Shown here piece by piece: positions 37,101-50,400 of a stretch of 64,000 bases of DNA (within the stretch, counting starts at the first letter, position 1; each line of letters begins with the position of its first letter). The DNA is taken from positions 6,335,425 through 6,399,424 of the forward strand of contig CP154954.1 in NCBI GenBank assembly GCA_039621445.1, read 5' to 3'. The notes below the pieces were generated by a model, which was given only the letters and a program-made list of their open reading frames with translations, was not told the origin of the DNA and did no database searches. A program made the translations under genes and the position numbers. This stretch comes from Euglena gracilis. Lineage: Eukaryota.

Positions 37101-40100
37101 TGTGCAAATTCACCATTTTTATGAAACACCCTGACACAAATAAAACAATTTATGAACTGCTGCAACCCGGTATTGGAGGGCTGCAACTGTAACTGGGCTG
37201 TAATGCCAGGTGGTTTGGTACACATGTTTCTCACCGAGTGACGCGAGGGGGCCGAGGATGAGATTGGTGCTCTCGGATGTCAAACAGGAGGGAAACACAC
37301 ACCCACTGTGACGACAATTGGCACTGATGCTGACGTGGTGCCTCAAACTGGCCAGGGTGCAGCCGCCCGTTAGGAACGAAAAGATATTACATAACATACT
37401 ACATGTGTTCCCCAGCCAAACACGCGCAACTGACCTGTGTTTGTGCGCGCATTTGCGCGCACAAACAAATTTTGTTTGTCGGCACGCACAACGCAAAATG
37501 TCGAAATTAAAATGACATGTCCTTGCGCGCAAATGCGCCCACAAATGAAACTTGTTTGTCCGCGCAAATGCGCGCACCAACCACATGGAGAAACTGGGAA
37601 ATAGATGGTGTGCACATGGGTATTTTTTTCCACAAAGATGATGTTTTTTTTCCCAGAAAATGGTATTTGTGTTGGTATTCACGTACCTCAAAAGGAAGGG
37701 CTTCCGATCAGGGAATTTCTGAAGTACCAGAGGGGAGGGAGGGTTCCAGGCTGAAAAAAGCTGATATCTGGATCCCCCCTCCCCATGGAGATGGGGATCC
37801 GGAGGGGTGGGTCCGGCACCCCCCCCCCAAAAGGCAAAAAGCCCAAATCCAGCTGGGTTCGATTTTTCAGCCTAATTTTTGAGGTGAAAAGGTAGGGTGA
37901 CCTCCCGCTCTCAGGACCAACTTTGACTGCCAAACAACAACCCCCTCCTCTGCACTTCAATGAGCCAAACAAACTAAGAGGATAATTCAACAGGAACATT
38001 ACATAAATCACAAAATGGATGCAATTGTGAGAGGAAAAAAGAGCATTTACTGTAGAAAGTACTGAAGGATCTCTGAAACAGAAGGCATTTGTTTTGAATG
38101 CTTTTCTGGGCCTTTCGTTTTTCAAATTTTCCCCCAAAAAAGCAAATTATGTGGGATCATGCGGGATGATGTAATCCGCATCCCCACCCCCCTGAATATG
38201 CAACAAGGCTCCTCAAAATACGCAATGCAAAAAATGCAAGTAAGTTAGTTCCTTTAGGAGCTCCCTGGCTGCTGGAGAGGACATAAAAAATTCGCCTGAC
38301 CCAAAATGCAACGCCAAAGGAAAATGTGCTGTAAACTTGCAAAATGAAATGGTTGGATCCATGCACCTCTGTAAAGACCCGGATGGTTGCTGGGCTAGGG
38401 CTAGAAATTTGGACTGGCTAGCCCACCTTCCCTCGGGGGGGGGGGGGCGAAATCGGACAATTGCCTAAAAAATGACCTGCAAATCACAGTTTTGAAAAAG
38501 AATGAGCATATGACAACCCCCCCCCCAATGCCCAAACCACCTTTCCATTTTTTTCACTTTTGCACTTTTTTCCAAGCATTTTTTCACAGTTTCTCAATCT
38601 TGCCAAAATTTGTTGCTTTTTTTGCAAGTCCGCCGCTGTTTTTCCCCCAGGCTATTCTTGATATGTATTTGAATGTTGGCAATTGGCAATGACCAAAAGT
38701 TTTCCTCAACAAAGAGCACAGCTTGGATCAAAAACTTGGTAAAATAGGGACAAGGAACTCATATGGATTTAGGCAGCAGTCTCGCATTTAAGTTTTTTTG
38801 GTGCTCTTTTGTGCATTTGCACAAAGGAACAACCCTTTTGGGGGGGGTTAAAGCAGGGGGGATAAAACACAAAAAAAAATTGTGGTTTTAACCGTTTTTC
38901 GATTTTGGCGGCGCTCTAAAAACGAGCGCTCCCCCCCGGGTAGAGGTGGGCGATCCTTTACCTAACTGTTGCGAAGGGCGGCGGGCGGGCAGGCGCAATT
39001 TTGCCCGTGGCGGGTGTTCGTAAAACGCAGCAATATATTACGTGCTATTTTGCGCCTCCCGGGCGGTAACTGCTGCGCTTTACGCACGCCCGCCGCGGGC
39101 AGAATTGCGACTATCCGCCCACCGCCGTTCGAAACAAGCAGGGAAAGGATCGCCGACCTCTAGCCGGGGCAGACCGCTCGTTTTTGGAGGGCCGCCGCAG
39201 CCGATTTTGGCCGAAAATGACCGAAAAATGACGTTATTCGGGGCGTCCGTTACTTACGTGCTATTTTGCGCCTCCCGGGCGGTAACTGCTGCGCTTTACG
39301 CACGCCCACCGCGGGCAAAATTGCGCCTATCCGCCCGCCGCCCTTCGCAACAATTAGGGAAAGGATCGCCGACCTCTGGCCAGGGCAGACCGCTCATTTT
39401 TGGAGGGCCGCCGCAGTCGATTTTGGCCGAAAATGACCGAAAAATGACGTTATTTGGGCCGTCCGTTACTTACGTGCTATTTTGCGCCTCCCGGGCGGTA
39501 ACCACTCCGCTTTACGCACGCCCGCCGCGGGCAAAATTGCGCCGATCCGCCCGCCGCCCTTCGCAACAATTAGGGAAAGGATCGCCGACCTCTAGCCGGG
39601 GCAGAGCGCTCGTTTTTGGAGGGCCGCCGCAGCCGATTTTGGCCGAAAATGACCGAAAAACTGACGTTATTTGGCGCGTCCGTTACTTACGTGCTATTTT
39701 GCGCCTCCCGAGCGGTAACTGCTGCGCTTTACGCACGCCCACCGCGGGCAAAATTGCGCCTGTCCGCCCGGCGCCCTTCGCAACAATTAGGGAAAGGATC
39801 GCCGACCTCTAGCCGGGGCAGACCGCTCGTTTTTGGAGGGCCGCCGCAGCCGATTTTGGCCGAAAATGACCGAAAAACTGACGTTATTTGGCGCGTCCGT
39901 TACTTACGTGCTATTTTGTGCCTCCCGGGCGGTAACTGCTGCGCTTTACGCACGCCCACCGCGGGCAAAATTGCGCCTATCCGCCCGCCGCCCTTCGCAA
40001 CAATTAGGGAAAGGATCGCCGACCTCTAGCCGGGGCAGACCGCTCATTTTTGGAGGGCCGCCGCAGCCGATTTTGGCCGAAAATGACCGAAAAACTGACG

Positions 40101-43100
40101 TTATTTGGCGCGTCCGTTACTTACGTGCTATTTTGCGCCTCCCGGGCGGTAACTGCTGCGCTTTACGCACGCCCACCGCGGGCAAAATTGCGCCTATCCG
40201 CCCGCCGCCCTTCGCAACAATTAGGGAAAGGATCGCCGACCTCTGGCCAGGGCAGACCGCTCATTTTTGGAGGGCCGCCGCAGTCGATTTTGGCCGAAAA
40301 TGACCGAAAAATGACGCTATTTGGGCCGTCCGTTACTTACGTGCTATTTTGCGCCTCCCGGGCGGTAACCACTCCGCTTTACGCACGCCCGCCGCGGGCA
40401 AAGTTGCGCCGATCCGCCCGCCGCCCTTCGCAACAATTAGGGAAAGGATCGCCGACCTCTAGCCGGGGCAGACCGCTCGTTTTTGGAGGGCCGCCGCAGC
40501 CGATTTTGGCCGAAAATGACCGAAAAACTGACGTTATTTGGCGCGTCCGTTACTTACGTGCTATTTTGCGCCTCCCGAGCGGTAACTGCTGCGCTTTACG
40601 CACGCCCACCGCGGGCAAAATTGCGCCTGTCCGCCCGGCGCCCTTCGCAACAATTAGGGAAAGGATCGCCGACCTCTAGCCGGGGCAGACCGCTCGTTTT
40701 TGGAGGGCCGCCGCAGCCGATTTTGGCCGAAAATGACCGAAAAACTGACGTTATTTGGCGCGTCCGTTACTTACGTGCTATTTTGTGCCTCCCGGGCGGT
40801 AACTGCTGCGCTTTACGCACGCCCACCGCGGGCAAAATTGCGCCTATCCGCCCGCCGCCCTTCGCAACAATTAGGGAAAGGATCGCCGACCTCTAGCCGG
40901 GGCAGACCGTTCATTTTTGGAGGGCCGCCGCAGCCGATTTTGGCCGAAAATGACCGAAAAACTGACGTTATTTGGCGCGTCCATTATTTACGTGCTATTT
41001 TGTGCCTCCCGGGCGATAACTGCTGCGCTTTACGCACGCCCACCGCGGGCAAAATTGCGCCGATCCGCCCGCCGCCCTTCGCAACAATTAGGGAAAGGAT
41101 CGCCGACCTCTAGCCGGGGCAGACCGCTCGTTTTTGGAGGGCCGCCGCAGCCGATTTTGGCCGAAAATGACCGAAAAATGGCGTTATTTCGGGCGTTCGT
41201 TACTTACGTGCTATTTTGCGCCTCCCGGGCGGAAAATTCTGCGCTTTACGCACGCCCGCCGCGGGCAAAGTTGCGCCTGTCCGCCTGCCGCCCTTCGCAA
41301 CAATTAGGGAAAGGATCGCGGCAGAATTTGTGTTTTTATGTTCTTTTATTTTTTTTGCATTTTTTCCTTGGCGATTTTTGGATTTTTTTTTGCTGGGAGA
41401 TTTTTTTTGACTCCTCCTTTTGAAATTCCTCGTTTTGGTCCTAATTTTCCCTGAGACCTAAAATTTTGTCAATCTTTTTTGTCGTTTTTGCACTTTTTTT
41501 TGGTCAACAATATGCTCATTTTTGCAAAATGGAAAATTTTCCTGGAGGAGCTAAAAGCTTTCCTACCCCCCCCCCTTTGCCAACCGACCACCCCTAAACA
41601 ACGACCCCCCAGTCCGGGTCAGGGGGTTGCAGGTCAGGGGGAATGTATATGCAACATGCGGGTTTTTTGTGGTTTTTTGGGGTCGCGTTTTTTGAGGATG
41701 TGCTGGACAAAGAAAAGCATCCCAAAAAAGAGGTTTTTGAGACATTGACAACAAGCCAGACCCCCTCCAGCCACACCTTGTACAGCTCCACCGCCTCCGG
41801 GATGAGGTTGGTGTCGAACTTGAACATCGTCAGGTCGAACATCGCGGTGAAGTCGCGGGGCAGCTCCTCCCGCTCCTCCACGCAGACCCGCAGTCGCTCC
41901 GCCAGCGCGTGGGTGTCGGGGAGGTAGTGGTAGTCGTTGATCTCGGGGTCCTCCGCGTCGATCTGGTTCAGCTTGACCTGCGAGAGCACGCCCGACCAGG
42001 CTGAACCTTGACCGACCCCAGAGGGTAAGGGTCTCAGAGGGCCAGCCAGGATTCGACATAAAGGCTGGTGGGGGGTCAGATCCCTCCTCCTGTCCAGAAA
42101 GAGGGGGGGGCGACCTTAGCGACCCTAGGGTTGTATTGGGCCGACCCCAGGGTAGGCCCACTACCCCCCCCCAGGCCAGATCCGGGAACCGCTATAGGGT
42201 GCCTGTCCCTAGCAGGCACACCCCCGTGGAGTCCGGGGGTACCCAGAAAATTTTCATTGAAAATGACCTTTTCCGGGATGCCCCCTAAACTCTAAACAGG
42301 AGCACGGTCCAGGTGACCAATTTTCGTCACAGCGCAAAGCGCAAGGCCAAAAATCGACCCAAAATGCACTTTTTGGGCAAAATTTGTTAAAATTTTTTAA
42401 AAAAAATTGGTGCAAAGTGAAGCACCTGAAAGAAAATTATTACCTATTACCTGGGGGTCCCGGGTACCCCCAGGAAACGGTTTGGACCCCACTTGGCCAT
42501 GGGGGTGGTCTGCCCCGCCCCCGTCCAGGAGGGATGGGGGACACCTCCCTCCTCTTCCCAGCACACCTTCCGAACATCGATCCCTGGGGCCTGGTCAGAT
42601 TCGATATAAAGACAGGTGGGGGGTGGTCCGGACCTCCCCCCCTGCGGGCCAGGAGGGGGGGGTGGGGGGGACACCCCCCCACCTAAACAGTGGCGCGGTC
42701 CGGGTGACCGATTTTTGGCCCGGCACAAAGCGCCGGGCCAAAAATTTGACATCCAGCGACATCAAAGCGCAAGCAGCACATAAACAAAGGAAGCTGGCGA
42801 GACATCAGCTGCAAAAGAACAAGCAAATAAACTAGCAGTGCAGGGAGCCGAAAGAAAACATTTGGCTGTTGCAACAAAAAATACAAAAAACTCCGGCGCG
42901 AAGCGCCGGAGGAAAAAAATTGACCTTTCGGGGGGGGGGGGTCCCGGGCAAGCACCTCTGGTCAGCCATGCCCTTGGGCCCAGCATCGCCCAGCATCGCC
43001 CAGCATCGCCCAGCATCGCCCAGCATCGCCTTTGGAGCCCTTGAAGGTGTACCTATAATGCCTGCTGCTTTTGCCGCTCTAGCCCACTTTTGGTTACTTT

Positions 43101-46034
43101 TAGCCATCTTTGGTTGCTTTTTGACCACTTTGACCACTTTTGACTGCTTTTTGCCCACATTGACCAACTTTGACTGCTTTTTGACCACTGTTACCCACAT
43201 TTGCTGCCTTTTGACCAATTTTGACTGCTTCTTGACCACTTTTGCTGCTCTTTGCCCATTTCCAACCACCTTTGCAGCTTTTTGATCACTTTTGCTGCTT
43301 TTTGACCACTTTTGGTCCCCTTTGCCTGCTTTTTGACCACTTTTGACAACTTTTGTTGCTTTTCGACCACTTTTGCCCACGTTTGCTACTTTTTGCCCAC
43401 TTTTGGCCATTATTGCTGCTTTTTGATCACTTTCACTTTTTTTTGCCCACTTTTGCTGCTTTTTGACCACTTTTGCCCACTTTTGCCCACTTTTTTACCA
43501 CTTTTGCTGCTTTCTGACCACTTTTACCCCACTTTTGCCTGCTTTTTGTCCACTTTTTGACCACTTTTGCTGCTTTATTTTGCCAAAGGATGTGGTGCAG
43601 GCCTGTGAGATGGCAACATCGAGTGCAAATTGCAAGCCCCTTGCCGGTCAGACAAACAAAATCCAAAACAGTCGTTGTGCTGGAGGGTGGAGGGTGGCAC
43701 CCCATCTTGTCCATCTGCATCTTGTCGAGTATCTGCATCTTGTGTAGCATCTGCATCTTGTCCAGCATCTGCTTCTTGTCCAGCATCTGCTTCTTGTCCA
43801 GCAACGGCATCTTGTCCACCATCTACTCTTGTCCAGCAACTGCATCTTGTCCACCATCTGCATGCTGTCCAGTGTCTGCATCCAGTTCATCTGTTCCAGC
43901 ATCGGCATCTTGTCCAGTATCTGCATCTTGTCCAGCATCTGCATCTTGTCCAGCATCTGCTTCTTGTCCAGCAACTGCATCTTGTCCACCATCTGCATGT
44001 TGTCCAGTGTCTGCACCCAGTTCATCTTGTCCAGCATCGGCACCTTGTCCAGTATCTGCATCTTGTCCAGCATCTGCATCTTGTCCAGCATCGGCATCTT
44101 GTCCAGCATCTGCATCTTGTCCATTATCTGTCTAGTATTCATTCGTTGGCTCTTGACCAAGCCAAAATAACCACAAAAGCCCAAAAAATGCCACAAAAAG
44201 CCCAAAACTGACCACAAAAAGCAACCAAAAACAACCAAAACAACCAAAAATTGCCCAAAAACGCCAACAATGTCCACAAAAGATTGTGAAAAATGACCCA
44301 AAATCACCAAAAAGGCGCAAAATGGCCAAAATGCATAAAATCTGCTCAAAAAGGCCCCAATTAGCCCAATATTTGCCAAGTCAGTGATAAATAGCCCCCA
44401 AATTAGCAAAAATTGACCCATTATGGCCAAAATGGGTGTAAAACTGGAGCTTTGTGGGAAAATTATCCCAAAAATAATTCAAATCCCCAAAATATACAAA
44501 AAAAATGCCAGCATCGCCCAGCATCGCCCTGCATCGCCCAGCATCGCCCAGCATCGGAACCCCACCTCTGGTCTCCAAAAATACAGCATCGCCCAGCATC
44601 GCCCAGCATCGCCCTGCATCGCCCAGCATCGCCCAGCATCATCAGAGGTGCTTGGTCCCGGGTATCCCCCCCGGGGTCGGTCTGGACCCCCCTGTGCGGG
44701 CCAGGAGGTGGGGGGGGGGGGTGGGGGGGACACCCCCCACCTAAACCACGCACGCCCTCCTTATATCGAACCCTGGGCCTGGCGTGCCCGAAACAGGCCC
44801 GAAACAGGCCCAAAGAAGGCCTCTTCTGGGCATTTTTCGGCGCCGGAGTGGAGTGCCTTGGCGAAATGCCCAGACTGAGAGTTTGGCCATGATTTCAACA
44901 TCAAAAAAACCTCCATGATCCGATGAAACTCTTGAAAAGGGATGTGAACATTTCGGCTCCTTTGGCAATCCAACCGTGTTCAACCGTTCTGCACCACAGA
45001 GTTGCTTATTGGCTTCCCCAAGGATTCCGGCTGGAAGACTTGGCTAGCTGGGAAAAAGATGCTGGTCGACCCCCCCCCCCATATTGTCCTCATGGTACCC
45101 TCCTCCTCGAGCTGAGGCCATGCCAGAGTTGGGGAGAGAACCGTACCCAGATGTATCCAGGCAGTGAAAAAAGTCTAACAATCAGCAATTTACAAAAACT
45201 TGTGCATCTCTTAGCATTTGAGCATTACATGACCAACTGTTGACCTTCCCCCCCCCAACACGGAAAAAATTGCAGGCGGTCGGAATCGATGTGTGGGCAC
45301 GGCTGTTCGGAGAGACCTGGGGGGGATCAGGGTTCAATAAAAAATCAGGTGGGGGTCGGGCCCCGGGAACAATGGCGCAGTGCGGGTGACCGATTTCAGG
45401 CCCAGGGCAAACACCGCGCATAAAATTTTTGTCCCTCACAATTGGCTTGTCACAAAAAATCTCAAAAATTTCCGTCCTAAAAACTGGTACTTTTCAGGAG
45501 GGGGGGTGAAAAAATCGAAGCTCAAAAAAAGTGGACAAAATTTTGGCACAATCAAATTTTAGTGACATTTTTTCTTGTTGAACTTTTTTGGACTTTTAAT
45601 GGCATTTTTTGCTTCAAAAACCTCTCAAAATCAACATTTTGAGAAAATGTCGAATTTTTGGAAGGGGTGAAAAAATGGGGTTTTGGGTGGTTTTCGGGGG
45701 GGCCCGGTATTGGTCCCAAAATGGGTCAAAAAACACCCGGCGCCAAAGGCGCCGGAAAAAAATTTTCGGGTCCAAAAATTTAAATTTTGGTTCTCCCGGA
45801 AATACGGGAAGAGGTGGTGGGGGGGGGGTGGTCGACCCCCCCCCACCCACCACCCTGGCGGTTCGGCCGATTCCCGTTCTGCCCTGCTCTGGGGGTCCAC
45901 CCTGCACACACCTTTGGGGAGCGCATCAGCCAGTCGAAGAGCACCTCCTGCAGCTTGGCGTTCTCCTCCTTGTCCAGCCACGCGTCCTCGAACATGTGGC
46001 AGCTGCCGATGACCATCACCCGCCCGGCGCCGCC
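27516..46034 (-). CDS. IFT52: Intraflagellar transport protein 52, 3' portion (7 coding exons; 5' exons not found in the window)
   Basis: Exons splice in frame into a continuous IFT52-like C-terminal half (GSCHMF.D..LDKEEN, LNQIDAEDPEI.DY, LPRDFT..FD, VKHE.L.LI.PQFETPLP, EPPPP.L.LFDLDE.F..EKARLA..TNKC, DLEYYI, QFKKLN). Confidence 0.96.
28569..28675 (-). CDS. IFT52: IFT52 exon: (C)ENDDLEYYICEAGEALGVTKKLKKDQADNAKAILE
   Basis: cag acceptor completes the TGT Cys codon; GTGTTG donor; 107 bp. Confidence 0.93.
32564..32653 (-). CDS. IFT52: IFT52 exon: (R)EPPPPALDLFDLDEHFATEKARLAYLTNK(C)
   Basis: 90 bp, phase-1 GTGTGT donor. Confidence 0.93.
32654..33482 (-). other. Euglenid-type nonconventional (non-GT-AG, stem-forming) intron
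   Basis: Intron GCGCAAGGCTTTTC...GAAGAGCCTTGGCATT; +4..+14 pairs with -6..-16 (one G-U); Y|R at both junctions; no AG acceptor is available in frame. Confidence 0.85.
33483..33534 (-). CDS. IFT52: IFT52 exon: FETPLPPLYPSVFPPTH(R)
   Basis: cag acceptor; followed by a nonconventional intron, so the 3' boundary is uncertain by up to 2 nt. Confidence 0.9.
35163..35207 (-). CDS. IFT52: IFT52 exon: KLGVKHEALSLIHPQ
   Basis: cag acceptor, GTGTGA donor, 45 bp. Confidence 0.9.
39040..41318. repeat. 216/217-bp tandem array (~10.5 copies) in an IFT52 intron
   Basis: Unit acgtgctattttgcgcctcccgggcggtaactgc...aaatgaccgaaaaa repeats at ~217-bp spacing. Confidence 0.97.
41777..41977 (-). CDS. IFT52: IFT52 exon: VKLNQIDAEDPEINDY...PEAVELYK
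   Basis: cag acceptor, GTGTGG donor, 201 bp, GC-rich third codon positions. Confidence 0.96.
42980..44640. repeat. Composite minisatellite block: (cagcatcgcc)n, degenerate ttttgaccac repeats, 18-bp tccagcatctgcatcttg repeats
   Basis: 10-mer runs at 42980-43030 and 44508-44640; 18-mer run at 43700-44125. Confidence 0.9.
45912..46034 (-). CDS. IFT52: IFT52 exon: GGAGRVMVIGSCHMFEDAWLDKEENAKLQEVLFDWLMRSPK
   Basis: cag acceptor, GTGTGT donor, 123 bp. Confidence 0.92.
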
Positions 46035-47454
46035 CTGGGGGGGGTCAAGGGGAGCAGAATGTTGCGACTCGGGGGGGGGGGGTCAGCAGGGAATTTCTTA
46101 AGGACCCGGGGGGGGGGGGGGCCAGCCTCCGGCTGGAAAAAAGGCTGCTGGCTGGAAACGAGCAGCTGGCTGGACCCCCCCCCGGGGGGATGGGGGGGAG
46201 GGGGGGGGTCTGGGGCTGGAGAGGGTTGTGCTGGGCTGGGTCGATGAAAAAACAAAATTTTCTAAAACATTTTTGCCTTCTCGACATTTTGATGGATGGA
46301 GCTAGATCAAGGCTGGACATTGAGGGCGAGGAAGCTGTGATGAGAAAAAAAATGCAGGGATACGTGAGCTGGGCAGCCCGCTCCCCTCCGGCTTAAGAAA
46401 TCCCCTGGGCACCAGCGGCCAGAAAACAACACGCCAAAAATAAATAAACAAATAAATAAATCAAAATAAAGACTTAGACGGCCAGGAATGTACCTTTCTT
46501 GTTGGGTCACAAAAATCTGGCAGTGCCCAGGACCTGGGTGTCCCACCTGGTGTTCACCGATGCGCATTTCCCCTTCCCATAGCCTGTGTCTATTCCAACA
46601 ATGCGCACCTGCGCATTTTTGGAGGTTTCCAAAAATGCACAGGTGCGCATCCTTCATCCTTCTTGACACTCAATGAAACACGAGGGCTGTGTCTCTATTT
46701 CTGTAAGGAGTTCCTTCCCATGCTCATCCCAGGGATCACACGCGCATTGATGTTGAAGGACTCACTGCGTATGGCCTGCCTGTTGTTTGACTGCGTTGAA
46801 TTAGAGCTGTGCACCGAATTGATGTGGTTTCGGGGTTGCGGAACATGGACATATGAGGGGCAGATGAACCAAAAGAATCACCCTTGGCAACGTTGCTGTA
46901 CCAGACCACCCCCTGAAACACAACACCAAATCCAGGCACGACTCCATATCCTTGTCCTTAGTGACAAAGAAACTGCTCCCGTACAGTGCAAGACACCGAA
47001 CAAATCTGAATACGGAGCTCTGAATACAATCTTCCTCGCTGCAGAACAGCAAACAGTCCAGCCGGCACGCCACCTTCCCCTCTGTCCCCACCGGTGGCCA
47101 AACTATTAATAACAAACATTGGTGTTGGCAGAATTGCCATGGCATCGTCGTCGGGAATGAGCTGCAGATTGAAGTGCATTGGCAAGCTGCGTGCAAGGGG
47201 CGTGCTCAAAAATCGGTTTGGTGCAAGTATTTTCCCACCCCCATAACCGGCGTAACTCTTGTCGCACAAACTGCAAAGCGGGGGGGGGGAAGCAGGCAGG
47301 ATAGGTGTGGAGCTCTTCCACCGGCAGCACACAACAACAAACATTCTGCCCTCCCCCCTCCCCCTGGAACCCAACACCCCACGACACCCCAAACCCTTTG
47401 CTCGTGAGTGGCGGCGATCGCCTCTGCCAAATACGCACCACGCGCCACGCCGAC

Positions 47455-50400
47455 CCTGACTTCCTGTGGTGTTTCCGAGAAGTGGAGGGTTCCATGGTGT
47501 GCACGCTGCTATCTCAGCCCCTGCAACGAACGGATGGGCACCAGACACGACGCCCAGCCATTGCTTTTGGGTCCAAACGGCGCGCCGCAACCACATCCGC
47601 CGGGACACCGCATTCCTGACTTCCTGTGGGGTTTCCGAGAAATGGAGGGTTCCGCGGTGTGCACGCTGCTATCTCGGCCCCTGCAACGAATGGATGGGCA
47701 CCAGACACGACGCCCAGCCATTGCTTTTGGGTCCAAACGGCGCGCCGCAACCACATCCGCCGGGACACCGCATTCCTGACTTCCTGTGGGGTTTCCGAGA
47801 AATGGAGGGTTCCGCGGTGTGCACGCTGCTATCTCGGCCCCTGCAACGAATGGATGGGCACCAGACACGACGCCCAGCCATTGCTTTTGGGTCCAAACGG
47901 CGCGCCGCAACCACATCCGCCGGGACACCGCATTCCTGACTTCCTGTGGGGTTTCCGAGAAATGGAGGGTTCCGCGGTGTGCACGCTGCTATCTCGGCCC
48001 CTGCAACGAATGGATGGGCACCAGACACGACGCCCAGCCATTGCTTTTGGGTCCAAACGGCGCGCCGCAACCACATCCGCCGGGACACGGCATTCCTGTG
48101 GGGTTTCCGAGAAATGGAGGGTTCCGCGGTGTGCACGCTGCTATCTCGGCCCCTGCAACGAATGGATGGGCACCAGACACGACGCCCAGCCATTGCTTTT
48201 GGGTCCAAACGGCGCGCCGCAACCACATCCGCCGGGACACCGCATTCCTGACTTCCTGTGGGGTTTCCGAGAAATGGAGGGTTCCGCGGTGTGCACGCTG
48301 CTATCTCGGCCCCTGCAACGAATGGATGGGCACCAGACACGACGCCCAGCCATTGCTTTTGGGTCCAAACGGCGCGCCGCAACCACATCCGCCGGGACAC
48401 AACATTCCTGAGTTCCGGTGGGGTTTCCGAGAAATGGAGGGTTCCGCGGTGTGCACGCTGCTATCTCGGCCCCTGCAACGAATGGATGGGCACCAGACAC
48501 GACGCCCAGCCATTGCTTTTGGGTCCAAACGGCGCGCCGCAACCACATCCGCCGGGACACCGCATTCCTGACTTCCTGTGGGGTTTCCGAGAAATGGAGG
48601 GTTCCGCGGTGTGCACGCTGCTATCTCGGCCCCTGCAACGAATGGATGGGCACCAGACACGACGCCCAGCCATTGCTTTTGGGTCCAAACGGCGCGCCGC
48701 AACCACATCCGCCGGGACACCGCATTCCTGACTTCCTGTGGGGTTTCCGAGAAATGGAGGGTTCCGCGGTGTGCACGCTGCTATCTCGGCCCCTGCAACG
48801 AATGGATGGGCACCAGACACGACGCCCAGCCATTGCTTTTGGGTCCAAACGGCGCGCCGCAACCACATCCGCCGGGACACCGCATTCCTGACTTCCTGTG
48901 GGGTTTCCGAGAAATGGAGGGTTCCGCGGTGTGCACGCTGCTATCTCGGCCCCTGCAACGAATGGATGGGCACCAGACACGACGCCCAGCCATTGCTTTT
49001 GGGTCCAAACGGCGCGCCGCAACCACATCCGCCGGGACACCACATTCCTGACTTCCTGTGGGGTTTCCGAGAAATGGAGGGTTCCGCGGTGTGCACGCTG
49101 CTATCTCGGCCCCTGCAACGAATGGATGGGCACCAGACACGACGCCCAGCCATTGCTTTTGGGTCCAAACGGCGCGCCGCAACCACATCCGCCGGGACAC
49201 CGCATTCCTGACTTCCTGTGGGGTTTCCGAGAAATGGAGGGTTCCGCGGTGTGCACGCTGCTATCTCGGCCCCTGCAACGAATGGATGGGCACCAGACAC
49301 GACGCCCAGCCATTGCTTTTGGGTCCAAACGGCGCGCCGCAACCACATCCGCCGGGACACCGCATTCCTGACTTCCTGTGGGGTTTCCGAGAAATGGAGG
49401 GTTCCGCGGTGTGCACGCTGCTATCTCGGCCCCGGCAACGAATGGATGGGCACCAGACACGACGCCCAGCCATTGCTTTTGGGTCCAAACGGCGCGCCGC
49501 AACCACATCCGCCGGGACACCGCATTCCTGACTTCCTGTGGGGTTTCCGAGAAATGGAGGGTTCCGCGGTGTGCACGCTGCTATCTCGGCCCCTGCAACG
49601 AATGGATGGGCACCAGACACGACGCCCAGCCATTGCTTTTGGGTCCAAACGGCGCGCCGCAACCACATCCGCCGGGACACCACATTCCTGACTTCCTGTG
49701 GGGTTTCCGAGAAATGGAGGGTTCCGCGGTGTGCACGCTGCTATCTCGGCCCCTGCAACGAATGGATGGGCACCAGACACGACGCCCAGATTGCTTTTGG
49801 GTCCAAACGGCACGCCGCAACCACATCCGCTGGGACACCGCATTCCTGACTTCCTGTGGGGTTTCCGAGAAATGGAGGGTTCCGCGGTGTGCACGCTGCT
49901 ATCTCGGCCCCTGCAACGAATGGATGGGCACCAGACACGACGCCCAGCCATTGCTTTTGGGTCCAAACGGCGCGCCGCAACCACATCCGCCGGGACACCG
50001 CATTCCTGACTTTTTGTGGGGTTTCCGAGAAATGGAGGGTTCCGCGGTGTGCACGCTGCTATCTCGGCCCCTGCAACGAATGGATGGGCACCAGACACGA
50101 CGCCCAGCCATTGCTTTTGGGTCCAAACGGCGCGCCGCAACCACATCCGCCGGGACACCGCATTCCTGACTTCCTGTGGGGTTTCCGAGAAATGGAGGGT
50201 TCCGCGGTGTGCACGCTGCTATCTCGGCCCCTGCAACGAATGGATGGGCACCAGACACGACGCCCAGCCATTGCTTTTGGGTCCAAACGGCGCGCCGCAA
50301 CCACATCCGCCGGGACACCGCATTCCTGACTTCCTGTGGGGTTTCCGAGAAATGGAGGGTTCCGCGGTGTGCACGCTGCTATCTCGGCCCCTGCAACGAA

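Noticed and set aside
39042-41423. Repetitive protein ORFs in the 217-bp array
   Set aside because: The frame shifts between units, the array is intronic and there is no coding signature.
42832-44430. K/Q/V-rich and LDKMQM-repeat ORFs
   Set aside because: These are translations of minisatellites within an IFT52 intron; the flanking exons already join in frame without them.
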